Assembly (NCBI GenBank): GCA_964589935.1
Contig: CAZPVD010000008.1
Coordinates: 48,596 to 112,595 of the forward strand
Reading direction: 5' to 3'
Origin: an uncultured Verrucomicrobiota bacterium
GTDB lineage: Bacteria; Verrucomicrobiota; Verrucomicrobiia; Limisphaerales; VHCN01
Length of the DNA stretch: 64,000 bases
Both the position numbers and the translations under genes were made by a program. Shown piece by piece: positions 1 through 9,686 of this stretch (position 1 is the stretch's first letter; every line of letters starts with the position of its first letter). A model generated the notes under the pieces. It did no database searches. It was not told the origin of the DNA and was given only the letters and a program-made list of their open reading frames with translations.

Positions 1-676
1 ACCGCGCGGCGTTGCTGGCCCGCTGATGCTCCTGCCCGACTTGAGCTTCCTCGTCCGCACTTAGGCGCGCGTCGGAGATCTCTTTCACTTGAAAACGAAG
101 CAGATCGAGTTGCTGGGCGTAAGTTTTTTCATCCACGATCAACGCGGACTTTTCCGACTCGATCGCGACGCGCCGACGAACGAGTCCGGTGAAGGCCTCG
201 CGCTGTGGCGCAAGGCCGCCGAAGGCGTCGAGGATCGCGAGCTGCTTCGGCGCGTGCAGCAGGGACTGGTGATCGTGCGGACCGTGGATGTCCACAAGCC
301 ACTCGCCGATGGACGCGAGCGCGGCAAGCGTGGCGGGCGAGCCGTTGACGAACTGCCGGTTTGCGCCCGCCGCGGTGAAGGTTCGCTTGAGCACGAGCTG
401 GCCGTCCTCGCATGATTCTAGGCCGTTTTCTTCGAGGAAGTTTTTCAGCGGCGCGCGTAGGCTCGTCACGTCGAACACCGCCTCGACTGTGCAACTGTCC
501 GCGCCGGCGCGCAGTAACGTGCGGTCGGCGCGCTCGCCAAGCACGAGGTTCAGCGCGCCGATGAGGATGGACTTGCCCGCGCCGGTTTCGCCCGTGATGG
601 CGTTGCAGCCGGGCCGTAGCTCCAACGTGAGGTCAGAGACGAGCGCGAGATTTTTGATGCGGAGCGTTGTCAGCAC
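1..676 (-). CDS. recN: DNA repair protein RecN (5' part; runs off window start)
   Basis: Manual minus-strand translation from GTG at 676: [47 protein letters not shown] (Walker A) ..[14 protein letters not shown], typical of RecN; not in the ORF track because it is truncated. Confidence 0.93.
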   Translation of the reverse strand, partial: MLTTLRIKNLALVSDLTLELRPGCNAITGETGAGKSILIGALNLVLGERADRTLLRAGADSCTVEAVFDVTSLRAPLKNFLEENGLESCEDGQLVLKRTFTAAGANRQFVNGSPATLAALASIGEWLVDIHGPHDHQSLLHAPKQLAILDAFGGLAPQREAFTGLVRRRVAIESEKSALIVDEKTYAQQLDLLRFQVKEISDARLSADEEAQVGQEHQRASNAAR

Positions 677-770
677 GGCGGCGTTTCGTCAGTTGGTTTC
701 GCTGGCCGCGAATTTGGACGTTGTGTTACCGTTCGGCAAAAGTTTTTTGTCGCTTCATCATCCGCATCGA

Positions 771-1553
771 ATGGCATTTGAGTTCACTTTCCTCGGCACG
801 GGCACATCCGTCGGCGTGCCGCTCATCGGCAAGGAGTATCCGCCCGAATACCTCGCGAACCCGAAGAACCATCGCACCCGCGCCTCGATCCATGTCGCGA
901 CGGACGCGATGCGGCTCGTCGTGGACACCACGCCGGAGTTCCGCCTGCAATGCCTGCGCGCGGGCGTCCGCTCGCTGGACGCCGTGCTCGTCACGCACGC
1001 GCACGCGGACCACATCATGGGCATGGATGACTGCCGGCGCTTCTGCGACGGGCCGGAGCAAAAGCCACTGCCCATCCACGCCGCCCCGCCGACGATGGAC
1101 GTGCTGCGCCGCGTTTTCTTCTACGCGTTCCACGACGGGCCTCATCCGCGCGGCTACTTCGTCCCGGCGCCACGGGTGATTGAAGGGCCGTTCGAGTTGG
1201 GCGATTTGCGCGTGACACCGCTTGAGGTGATTCACGGCAAAACCCACACGCTCGGCTTTTTGTTCACGCAGGCCGGGCGCAAACGGCTCGCATACATTCC
1301 CGACGCCAAGGAAATCCCGATGCCGGTCGTCGAAGAAATCGAGGGCGTCGAAGTCGCCGTGATTGACGGCCTGCGCAAGACGCCGCACTGGACGCACATG
1401 AGCCTCGACGAGGCGCTCAGCGCCGCGCGGCGCATCCGCGCGGGCCGCACGTTTCTCACGCACCTCGCTGATTACTACGATCACGATGTTGATCAGGCCG
1501 AACTGCCGATGGGCGTCGAACTGGCGTGGGACGGGTTGAAGGTGAAACTTTGA
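771..1553 (+). CDS. MBL-fold metallo-hydrolase (PhnP/YycJ-like)
   Basis: [13 protein letters not shown] start, THAHADH (HxHxDH) motif, HLADYYDH; ATG at 771 within ORF 288..1553. Confidence 0.88.
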   Translation: MAFEFTFLGTGTSVGVPLIGKEYPPEYLANPKNHRTRASIHVATDAMRLVVDTTPEFRLQCLRAGVRSLDAVLVTHAHADHIMGMDDCRRFCDGPEQKPLPIHAAPPTMDVLRRVFFYAFHDGPHPRGYFVPAPRVIEGPFELGDLRVTPLEVIHGKTHTLGFLFTQAGRKRLAYIPDAKEIPMPVVEEIEGVEVAVIDGLRKTPHWTHMSLDEALSAARRIRAGRTFLTHLADYYDHDVDQAELPMGVELAWDGLKVKL

Positions 1554-3169
1554 ACACGACGAGCACTCGCGGAGCATTCACTGCGGCAGCACTCCTGCTG
1601 TTTTCCGCCGCCTTCCCCTGCCCTGCCGCCGAACCGGGCGAGTCGGTCGTTGTCGTCTTCAACCCGCGCCAGCCGGAGTCTAAGGTTGTCGCGCGGCATT
1701 ATGCGGAGAAACGCAAGGTGCCATCCGCACAAGTGCTGGCGCTGCCGATGCCGACGGGCGACGCCATCACGCGCGCGGAGTTTCGCGAACAGCTCCAAAC
1801 ACCGCTACTCAAGGCGCTGGAAGAGCGAAAGCTGTTCACTTTTGGCGAGAGTAACAAAGTGACGGCTGCGAAGGTGCGCTATCTCGTTTTGTGCTTTGGC
1901 GTTCCGTTGAAAATTTCCCACGATTCAAAACTGGACGAGCCAGCCGCCGAGAAAATCCCGTCCGCGGCACGCCGCAACGAGGCGGCCGTGGACAGCGAGC
2001 TCGCGCTCCTGCCGCTCGCCCGCGCGGGCTACATGCTCGCGGGGCCATTGAGCAATCCGCATTTCGGCACGACCAATGCCACTGCACTGCACCCGACGAA
2101 CGGCATTCTGCTTGTCGCGCGGCTTGACGGCCCGACCGCGGACATCGCACGCGGCCTCGTGGACAAGGCACTGCAAGCCGAGACCGACGGACTGTGGGGC
2201 CGCGCCTACTTCGATGCGCGCGGGCTGACAAACGGACCTTATCTCCTGGGCGATGAATGGATTCGCGGTGCGGCGAACTCGGCGCGGCGGTTTGGTTTCG
2301 AGACTGTGCTGGACGACAAACCTGAGACGTTTTCCGCTGCATTTCCAATGAGTCACATCGCGCTCTACGCGGGCTGGTATGACGCAACCATGTCCGGCCC
2401 GTTTGCCCGGACGCAGGTCGAGTTCGTGCCGGGCGCGATTGCGTATCATCTGCACTCGTTTAGCGCGCAGACGCTGCGGACCGGCAGCGACCACTGGGTT
2501 GGCCCATTGCTCGCGCGCGGCGCGGCGGCGACGATGGGCTGCGTGGACGAGCCGTTTCTGACCGGCACGCCAAATCTGCACGTGTTCTTCGATCGGCTGA
2601 TGCAGGGCTTCACGTTCGGCGAGGCGGCGTATGCGTCGCAGGCAGCGCTTTCGTGGCAGACAACCGTTGTGGGTGATCCGATTTACCGGCCTTTCGGCAA
2701 ATCACCTCGCGAGCTGCATGAATCCCTCGCGGCGCGCAAAAGCCGGCTCCTCGACTGGTCGCTGATGCTCATCGTGAACCGAAACCTTGCGATGGGCACG
2801 AGCACCGCTGAAATGGCGGGCTTCCTCGAAGCCCAACCACAAATGCGCACAAGCGCCGTGCTGCTCGAAAAACTCGCGGACCTGTATCAGACGCTCGGCA
2901 AACCGTCGTCCGCCGCCGACACAACGGCGACGGCGCTACGTCAGGAACCAAGCCCGCAGCAGAAGATCCGCCTGCTGCTCGCGCTTGCGGAACGGCGGCT
3001 CGCGTTGCACGACGACGCGGCCGCGTATGATGCGCTCAAGCAATTGGCGGTCGAAGCACCGGACTACGCAGATCGCCGCGCCGTGCTGGAACGGCTCATC
3101 GGCCTCGCGCAAAAGCTGGGCAAGACCGATGACGCGACTCGATGGCAGGAGGAACTAAAGCGCCGTTAA
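1550..3169 (+). CDS. TIGR03790-family secreted protein with C-terminal TPR-like helices
   Basis: Signal-peptide-like N-terminus, [42 protein letters not shown] motifs; TTG start overlaps the upstream TGA (TTGA). Confidence 0.75.
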   Translation: MNTTSTRGAFTAAALLLFSAAFPCPAAEPGESVVVVFNPRQPESKVVARHYAEKRKVPSAQVLALPMPTGDAITRAEFREQLQTPLLKALEERKLFTFGESNKVTAAKVRYLVLCFGVPLKISHDSKLDEPAAEKIPSAARRNEAAVDSELALLPLARAGYMLAGPLSNPHFGTTNATALHPTNGILLVARLDGPTADIARGLVDKALQAETDGLWGRAYFDARGLTNGPYLLGDEWIRGAANSARRFGFETVLDDKPETFSAAFPMSHIALYAGWYDATMSGPFARTQVEFVPGAIAYHLHSFSAQTLRTGSDHWVGPLLARGAAATMGCVDEPFLTGTPNLHVFFDRLMQGFTFGEAAYASQAALSWQTTVVGDPIYRPFGKSPRELHESLAARKSRLLDWSLMLIVNRNLAMGTSTAEMAGFLEAQPQMRTSAVLLEKLADLYQTLGKPSSAADTTATALRQEPSPQQKIRLLLALAERRLALHDDAAAYDALKQLAVEAPDYADRRAVLERLIGLAQKLGKTDDATRWQEELKRR

Positions 3170-3198
3170 GCGCATTCACGCGCTGTTTTGGAAACGGC

Positions 3199-4380
3199 TC
3201 AGTTCAGATTCATCGCGACTTTTTTGCGGAACTCATCCGCGCTCAATTTCCCGCCGGCAAATTCGTCCACGTCGGATTTTTTGACGCGCAGAGTGAGCGT
3301 GGCTTGACGCGGCCCTTCTTGCTGAGGACGCGGATATCTGTCGAAGACTTGGGCCGCGCCCGGCGCGGTGGGTCCCGGTCCGCCAAAACCAGCGCTCCAT
3401 CCAGCCGTCGCTCCGGCTGTGTGATACGTCACTTCAAACGGCCCGCCCGTGCCGCCGCCGGCCTGCACCACGACGGTGATGTAATCCTCCGGCTTGAGAT
3501 GCCGTATGTTGCTGGCGTTCTTGAGCGCCTCGACGAGCGATTTCTTGAACTCCTCGACCCTGCCAGCGTCGTATTTGAATTCCCCCCGGCTCTTGTCATT
3601 CCCGCCGGAATAATACGGATCCGGCAGCGTGGTGATGGTATAGGAACCGGCTCCGGGTTCGTGCGGGCCGAACAATTCGCGTTTGGTTTTTTCCCAGACC
3701 GAGTCGGGCGCCTGTTCCTTCTTTGGCTCCTCCGGCTTCGCCGGCGTGGGGGCCAGCGGCATGCGCGTGTTGAGCAGAAACAGCGCGCCGTAGCCTTCGA
3801 TGAACATCGCCTGCGGATGCCGCGAATCGCCCGAAGCCATGAGCCAGATGCCCATCGCACGATCCGGTCCTTCCTGCCTTGTTTCGCGGCTCGTCTCCTT
3901 TTCGAACACGCGGGTCATGATGTTCAAATCCTCCTCCATCTCGCCTGCAAACTTGGCGTCGGTCGGCTTCGAGCTGACGATGAGCGTGTGCATCGGTCTC
4001 TGGGCAAAACGACTCATGCCAACTCCACTGCCGCCGCCCATGGCACGCTTTGGCGTCGTGGTGCGTGTCGGGTCGGACGAACCGCCGCTTTCACTTCCCG
4101 GCGGCGCAGGCGCGAACGCGGGAGTGGGAGACTTCGGAGCCGGTGCCGGCTTTGGCGGCGCGGCTTGTGCGATGCGGAACTGCACCGTGTCGGAATCCAA
4201 TGCCTGCGCGGCCCGGACAAACTGCTCCCGCCGTTCATCAAACGAATGTTGCGCGACGTCGCGGGCCGATGCGACCTCAGCTCGGGCGCGCTGGAGTTGG
4301 GTTTCAGCAGTTTGCGCTGATGCCACGGCTGGCAGCGCGAACGCGGCGAACAAGGCGGCCGTTGGGATGAATGATTTCAT
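3199..4380 (-). CDS. Secreted hypothetical protein, third gene of ECF/anti-sigma operon
   Basis: MKSFIPTAALFAAFALPAVASAQ Sec-type signal peptide; Pro/Gly-rich linkers; co-oriented directly after the anti-sigma gene. Confidence 0.75.
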   Translation of the reverse strand: MKSFIPTAALFAAFALPAVASAQTAETQLQRARAEVASARDVAQHSFDERREQFVRAAQALDSDTVQFRIAQAAPPKPAPAPKSPTPAFAPAPPGSESGGSSDPTRTTTPKRAMGGGSGVGMSRFAQRPMHTLIVSSKPTDAKFAGEMEEDLNIMTRVFEKETSRETRQEGPDRAMGIWLMASGDSRHPQAMFIEGYGALFLLNTRMPLAPTPAKPEEPKKEQAPDSVWEKTKRELFGPHEPGAGSYTITTLPDPYYSGGNDKSRGEFKYDAGRVEEFKKSLVEALKNASNIRHLKPEDYITVVVQAGGGTGGPFEVTYHTAGATAGWSAGFGGPGPTAPGAAQVFDRYPRPQQEGPRQATLTLRVKKSDVDEFAGGKLSADEFRKKVAMNLN

Positions 4381-4424
4381 GGGATGTGCTGGTTGGAGTT
4401 GAATGTTGATGATGGCTGCGAAAA

Positions 4425-4979
4425 TCACTTGTTGCCCTGCGACGACGGCAGATCGGATGCCGGCTGTGCGATGCTCGCCAGCTCGCCAATCTGGAAGGCC
4501 GCGCTGCGAAAGCCATTCTCGGCGTTGACGGCGACGGTTTCCAATGCGCTGCGCAAGGCGGCGAGATCGGTATCGTGCCGCGTCTGCATCGTCTTCAGGA
4601 TGTCCACGATGGCGGCGCGATCCTCCTCGCGCTTTGCGTCGTAGCCGCGCGCAAGCTGGTCAATCTGCGTCTGCACCAACTCGTGAACAGCCGCGGCGTC
4701 CGCACGCGGCGCGGTGGAGCGCCCGATGCCGATGCCGACGGCAAGTGCAATCGCAGCGGCGGCTGCCCACTGGAGGGCGGGTTGCGCCCAGACGCGGACG
4801 TGGCGGCGCGGCGCGGGCAATTTCCAGCCGTCCAGCTCGCTCATCACGCTGCGGAGTTCCTCCGCCGTGGCGCGGCATTCGGGACAATCGGCGAGATGCG
4901 TTGTCAATTCCACGCGGCGGGCGGGCGGCAGTTCGCCGTAGAAGTGGGAAACAATTTCTTCGTGGGTCGGGTGGTTCAT
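4425..4979 (-). CDS. Zinc-finger (ZAS, zf-HC2) membrane anti-sigma factor
   Basis: MNHPTHEEIVSHFYGEL..HLADCPEC (HxxxCxxC), then one TM helix (WAAAAAIALAVGIGIG); overlaps the sigma gene stop. Confidence 0.85.
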   Translation of the reverse strand: MNHPTHEEIVSHFYGELPPARRVELTTHLADCPECRATAEELRSVMSELDGWKLPAPRRHVRVWAQPALQWAAAAAIALAVGIGIGRSTAPRADAAAVHELVQTQIDQLARGYDAKREEDRAAIVDILKTMQTRHDTDLAALRSALETVAVNAENGFRSAAFQIGELASIAQPASDLPSSQGNK

Positions 4980-5632
4980 ATCAGGAGTCGTTCGCCGGTC
5001 AGGCGGTTTGGGGTTGGCAGCGGAGACGGCATCGGCACGGGGCGCGAATCTTCGAGCGCCGGCTTCAACAGCTTGGCGATCTGCGCGAGTGCCTCGGACA
5101 TGCGGGACTTGACGGTGCCCTCGGGCACGCCGAGCACGTCGGCGATTTCGCGGAATTTCAAGTTCTCGTAGTGTCGCAGCACAAGCACGGAGCGGTAATG
5201 TTCCGGCAGCCGCAGCAGCGCGCCGCGCACGATGTCCGCGCGCTCGCGTTCCACCATGCGCTCCGCCGGTGTCGGCTCGAAGACCGCGAAATCCGAATTG
5301 TGTTCGCCGTCGGGCAACGGCTCTTCGCCGTGACGATGCCGGCGGCGCAGTTCGTCGTGGCACAAATTCAGCGCGATACGCCAGAGCCACGTCGAGAACT
5401 TCGCCGTCGGCTCCCAGTCCTTGCGCCGTGCGAAGACGCGCGCGAAGGCCTCCTGCGCCACATCCTCGCCGCGATGCGAGTCGCCGGTCATGCGAACGCA
5501 AAGCCGGCGGATCGGGTCCTCCCATCGGCGCACGAGCTGGGCGAACGCATCCGGGTCATCGTGCGCGCGGACACGCCACATGGCTCGCTCATCACTGACG
5601 GCCGAAAACTGCGCGAAGAGGTTTCCAATCAT
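4976..5632 (-). CDS. ECF RNA polymerase sigma-70 factor
   Basis: DAFAQLVRRWE, EDVAQEAFARV, FSTWLWRIALNLCHD, region 4 LKFREIADVLGVPEGTVKSRM; start chosen at MIGNLF (5632). Confidence 0.9.
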   Translation of the reverse strand: MIGNLFAQFSAVSDERAMWRVRAHDDPDAFAQLVRRWEDPIRRLCVRMTGDSHRGEDVAQEAFARVFARRKDWEPTAKFSTWLWRIALNLCHDELRRRHRHGEEPLPDGEHNSDFAVFEPTPAERMVERERADIVRGALLRLPEHYRSVLVLRHYENLKFREIADVLGVPEGTVKSRMSEALAQIAKLLKPALEDSRPVPMPSPLPTPNRLTGERLLI

Positions 5633-5713
5633 GGGCGAGGCACCGCGCCGGGCACGGTTCGTTTGGCTGGCGTGAAGGTCATGTCTTGGCCTGCGTCTCG
5701 GTTCAGAGGATGA

Positions 5714-5738
5714 AACGTTGAAACGGGCGGAATGGTTC
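5714..5738 (-). promoter_or_regulatory. Putative ECF-sigma promoter (GAACC-N16-CGTT)
   Basis: Minus strand reads GAACC attccgcccgtttcaa CGTT about 80 nt upstream of the ECF gene; fits the general ECF AAC...CGT pattern. Confidence 0.5.
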
Positions 5739-5843
5739 GGAAAATTTTCGCGCGGCCTTGACCCCGGCGACAAATCTCAAATCCGCGCGCCTGAAAGCCC
5801 AGACCAACCGCGCAGCAAAGTGGTTCGTGGCTGAACGCCAGAA

Positions 5844-6320
5844 CTACGGATTGTTCGTGCGGAAGGTCGCGTTGCGTGGCGCTTGAACGCCATCAACCCC
5901 GGTGCCGGGCGTGACGAGGAAGCCGGGCGGAGTGCCGTTTGAAGGCGTGGTGTCATTCGTGCTTCCAAACGCGATGGCAGGCTGGCCGGGCGCGAGCATG
6001 GGCTGAACGATTGAATCCTTCACCGGTTGCGGCGGCTGTTGCGTGAAACTCGGCGCTGGCTCCGGCTTGACGAGTAAGTTCACCGCAAGCAGCAACGCGC
6101 CGCCAACGGCGAGACCGTAGGCACCCGCGAGCATCGGACGCGCGTCGAGCGTTTCGAGGAGCCGCTGCCACCACGAGGCGCTTGGCTCGCTCTGCGGCCC
6201 CGCGATGCGCGCGCGCACTTGCGCCGGGAAGCGCTCGAAGAAGCCGTGCGGCGGCTGTTCGTGCCGCTTCAGGGCGAGCAGCTTTTGCAATTTGTCGAAG
6301 TTCTCAGGAGCCGGGTCCAT
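5844..6320 (-). CDS. Putative membrane anti-sigma factor
   Basis: Directly follows the sigma gene; LQKLLALKRHEQPPHGFFERF N-terminus plus single TM helix (MLAGAYGLAVGGALLLAV). Confidence 0.7.
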   Translation of the reverse strand: MDPAPENFDKLQKLLALKRHEQPPHGFFERFPAQVRARIAGPQSEPSASWWQRLLETLDARPMLAGAYGLAVGGALLLAVNLLVKPEPAPSFTQQPPQPVKDSIVQPMLAPGQPAIAFGSTNDTTPSNGTPPGFLVTPGTGVDGVQAPRNATFRTNNP

Positions 6321-6321
6321 A

Positions 6322-6954
6322 TCACTTCAGGTAATCGGTCAGCCACGCCTGCAACTGTTGCCGGGCGTAAAACAGTCGTGAGCGCACCGTGCCAGGGTTG
6401 CAGTCCAGAATGCGCGCGATTTCGTCATGCGGCAACCCCTGGACATCGTGCAGCGTCACAACCAATCTGTGATCTTCCGACAGCTTCATCAGGGCGGCGT
6501 TCAATTTTTCCTGCAACTCGTTCAGCGCGGCGTCCCGGCGCGGCGTTTTGTCCGAAATGAGCGCCACGATTGACGGATCGTTTTCCACGCCGGAGTCGAG
6601 GTCGTTGAGGCTCGTGTGGTGCTTGTTCTTCCTCGACTTGAGGAAGTTGATCGTCTTGTTGACGGCGATCCGGTAAATCCAAGTGAAAAAACTCGACTGG
6701 CCCTTGAAGTTTTTGAACACCTGCCACGCCTTCACGAACGTCTCCTGCGCGAGATCGGCGGCGTCCTCGTGGTTCGACGTCATGTGATAAATGGTGCCAT
6801 AGACGCGTTCCTGATAGCGCCGCACCAGCTCGTCGAAGGCATCCAAGTCGCCGCCCTGCGCGCGGCGGATCAGCTCCGGCTCATCCGAGGGCACGGTCGC
6901 CGGCGCTGCTGAGGTCGGCCCAGTCGCGGGCTTGTCGCTGCTCATCACGCTCAT
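6322..6954 (-). CDS. ECF RNA polymerase sigma-70 factor (RpoE/SigW-like)
   Basis: AFDELVRRYQ, DLAQETFVKAW, FFTWIYRIAVN, HDEIARILDCNPGTVRSRLFYAR. Confidence 0.92.
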   Translation of the reverse strand: MSVMSSDKPATGPTSAAPATVPSDEPELIRRAQGGDLDAFDELVRRYQERVYGTIYHMTSNHEDAADLAQETFVKAWQVFKNFKGQSSFFTWIYRIAVNKTINFLKSRKNKHHTSLNDLDSGVENDPSIVALISDKTPRRDAALNELQEKLNAALMKLSEDHRLVVTLHDVQGLPHDEIARILDCNPGTVRSRLFYARQQLQAWLTDYLK

Positions 6955-8003
6955 GCCTGCTTGCCCAAGGACTCCGTCGCCCGCGCAAGAAATTCCGTCA
7001 ACGCCACCAGCGCGAGGCGGCTCTCGCTCAACGGCAGCGCGTCAAGGCTCGCCTGCGCGTCCGCGACAAATTGCCCGATGACCGCGCGGGATTCGGCCAG
7101 CGCGCCGTGCTTCTGCATCAACTCCAGCACGCGCGGGAGATAATGCGGACGCCACGTCGTCAGCCATTCCTTGAGCTGCTCGCGCTCGGTTGCGCTCGCG
7201 CGTTCGAGCACGACCAGCACGGGCAGCGTGAGCTTGCCGCTGGCGAGGTCGGTGCCGAGCGACTTGCCCGCATCCGCTTCGGAACCGAACACGTCGAGGC
7301 AATCGTCATACACCTGATACGCCGTGCCGAGCGCGAGGCCGTAGTCGCGCAACCCGACGCGCTGCGCTTCCGGCACCGCGTTGAGCCGCGCGCCGAGATC
7401 GCACGAAAGCGCGAAGAGTTCGCCGGTCTTCATCGCCACGACCTTGAAATAATCCGCGCGAGTCACGGCGAAGTTCAGCCGGCGGTGTGACTGGAGAATT
7501 TCACCGGAACACACCGTGTTCGTCGCCGCGGAAACCTCACGGCACACGACGGGCGTGGGAAAGCTCGCCGCCAGTTGCAGCGAATGCGCGAAAAGACAGT
7601 CACCCACGAGCACGGAGATCGAGTTGCCCCAGTTTGCCGCGAGCGTCGGGCGGCGGCGCCGGATTTCCGCGGCATCCATGATGTCGTCATGCACCAACGT
7701 CGCAAGATGCACCATCTCGATGATGACCGCGACAGTGATGTGCGGGTCGGTGATGCGGCCGGTCGCGCCCGCTGCAAGCGCGACCAGCGCAGGCCGGAGC
7801 TGCTTGCCCTGGTTCGTCAGCGCGTATTTTGCGTAGGCCGCGATTTCCGGGTCGAACGCCTCGACTTGTTCGCCGAGCCGTTTGCCCACGTCGTCGAGAA
7901 ACGGTTGCACCGGCTCCACAATCTGTTTCCAGACATCGGTGGAACTTTCGGCGCGGGCGGGAGAAACGGCGTGCTCCGCCGCTTTGCTGCGGGCAGCGAA
8001 CAT
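6951..8003 (-). CDS. Polyprenyl diphosphate synthase (IspB/HepT-like)
   Basis: GKQLRP, first Asp-rich motif LVHDDIMD, KTGELF, second motif QVYDDCLD. Confidence 0.92.
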   Translation of the reverse strand: MFAARSKAAEHAVSPARAESSTDVWKQIVEPVQPFLDDVGKRLGEQVEAFDPEIAAYAKYALTNQGKQLRPALVALAAGATGRITDPHITVAVIIEMVHLATLVHDDIMDAAEIRRRRPTLAANWGNSISVLVGDCLFAHSLQLAASFPTPVVCREVSAATNTVCSGEILQSHRRLNFAVTRADYFKVVAMKTGELFALSCDLGARLNAVPEAQRVGLRDYGLALGTAYQVYDDCLDVFGSEADAGKSLGTDLASGKLTLPVLVVLERASATEREQLKEWLTTWRPHYLPRVLELMQKHGALAESRAVIGQFVADAQASLDALPLSESRLALVALTEFLARATESLGKQA

Positions 8004-8009
8004 GCCGCG

Positions 8010-8037
8010 AGCCTATCCGCGCCGCACGCGGAGTCAA
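8010..8037 (-). promoter_or_regulatory. sigma70-type promoter, likely leaderless (TTGACT-N16-TAGGCT-N6-ATG)
   Basis: -35 at 8032-8037, -10 at 8010-8015, 6 nt before the ATG at 8003. Confidence 0.6.
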
Positions 8038-8132
8038 ATACGTAACGGCACCAAACCCATGCAGGAAAATGCGTATCCGCTCAACGCATCGTTGCCAAAT
8101 GTGCCTGCCACCGCCACAGTCGCGCGCGTTCC

Positions 8133-9686
8133 ATGAGCCACTTCAACGCCGCCGACTGGTTCGTCATCGTTGCCTACCTGCTCGGCATCATCGGGCTGGG
8201 CGTGTGGTTCGGCAAGGACCAGCGCAACACGCGCGACTACTTCCTCGGCAGCCGCAATATCCCGTGGTGGGGCATCGGCTTCTCCATCGTCGCGGCGGAG
8301 ACGAGCGCGCTCACCATCATCGGCGTGCCAGCCATCGCCTACGGCGGCGACATCGCGTTCATCCAGATGATCGTCGGCTACGTCATCGCGCGCCTCATCC
8401 TCGCGGTCGTGATGGTGCCGCACTACTTCAGCGGGGAGATTTACTCGCCGTATCAACTGCTGGAGAATCATCTGGGCCAGACGCCGCGGCGCTTCGCGGG
8501 AGCCGTGTTCCTGCTCATGGAAACGATGGCCGCGGGCGTGCGCGTGTATGTGGCGTGCATCCCCATCCGGCTGATGCTCGGTGATTCGCTTTTGAGTTTT
8601 GGCGGGCTGATGAATCCGATCCTCGGCGCCATCGTGCTCTTCGTCGGGCTGTCGCTCATCTACACTTACATCGGAGGCGTGAAGGCCGTCATCTGGACCG
8701 ACGCGGTGCAGTTCGGCCTGTTCCTCGCGGGCGGGCTGTTCGCGTTGTTCTACATTCCAACGCTCGTCGAAGGCGGCTGGAGCGGCGCGTTTGCGCAGGC
8801 AGCCGATGCGGGAAAACTCCACTGGCTCAACGCGAAGTTTTCCTTCTCCGCACCGTTCAACATCTGGATGGGCGTCATCGGCGGCACGGTGCTGGTAATG
8901 TCCTCGCACGGCGCGGAACAGCTCATCGTCCAGCGCGTGCTCGCATGTCGCAACGTCACCGATGGCCGCAAGGCGCTGGTGCTCTCGGCGGTGGTGATTT
9001 TTCCGCTGATGCTCATCTTCCTGCTCGTGGGTGCACTGCTGTTCGTGTTCTACAAATCACATCCCTTTCAGATTCCTCTGCCCGAAGCGCGGCCCGGCAT
9101 CGCGGCGAACGACTTCATATTTCCCATCTTCATGATGACCGAGGTGCCGCACGTGCTGCGCGGGTTTCTCATCGTCGCGATTTTATCCGCGGCGATGTCC
9201 AGCATCAGTTCGGCGCTCACGGCGCTGGCGTCGGTGTCCACGATGGACTTCATAAAACGCATGATGCCTGCGCGCGGCGAAGAGTTTTTTCTGCGCTTCA
9301 GCCGTAACTCGACCGTGTTCTGGGCGGCGGCACTCGTGGGCGTGGCGTGGTTGACGCGGCAGGTGGACTTCGTGCTCAACGCCGCCTTCTCGCTGCGCGG
9401 GCTGACAAGCGGCGCCCTGCTGGGCAGCCTGTTCATCGCAGTGTTCTGGAAGCGCCTCGGCGCAGTCGCCGCGATGTGCGGCATGGCGGCGTCGCTCGTG
9501 GTGATGAACCTGATGTTCTGGCCCGCAAAGCTGGATGCAACGAAGGCGTGGTGGATAAACACATTTCACGGCGAAGTCTTCTGGCCGTGGTTCACGCTGA
9601 TCGGCACGAGCGTGACGCTGGGAGTGGCGTTTGCGGTGAAGGCGGTGATGAAGAAAGACAGGGTGCCCGCGAATGATCGCGCTTAA
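8133..9686 (+). CDS. Sodium:solute symporter (SSS family)
   Basis: DYFLGSRNIPWW, SIVAAETSALT, GGVKAVIWTDAVQ, AAMSSISSAL; about 13 hydrophobic segments. Confidence 0.9.
   Translation: MSHFNAADWFVIVAYLLGIIGLGVWFGKDQRNTRDYFLGSRNIPWWGIGFSIVAAETSALTIIGVPAIAYGGDIAFIQMIVGYVIARLILAVVMVPHYFSGEIYSPYQLLENHLGQTPRRFAGAVFLLMETMAAGVRVYVACIPIRLMLGDSLLSFGGLMNPILGAIVLFVGLSLIYTYIGGVKAVIWTDAVQFGLFLAGGLFALFYIPTLVEGGWSGAFAQAADAGKLHWLNAKFSFSAPFNIWMGVIGGTVLVMSSHGAEQLIVQRVLACRNVTDGRKALVLSAVVIFPLMLIFLLVGALLFVFYKSHPFQIPLPEARPGIAANDFIFPIFMMTEVPHVLRGFLIVAILSAAMSSISSALTALASVSTMDFIKRMMPARGEEFFLRFSRNSTVFWAAALVGVAWLTRQVDFVLNAAFSLRGLTSGALLGSLFIAVFWKRLGAVAAMCGMAASLVVMNLMFWPAKLDATKAWWINTFHGEVFWPWFTLIGTSVTLGVAFAVKAVMKKDRVPANDRA

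Noticed and set aside
288-770. N-terminal extension of the MBL hydrolase ORF
   Set aside because: Overlaps recN on the opposite strand; family homology begins at [11 protein letters not shown] (771).
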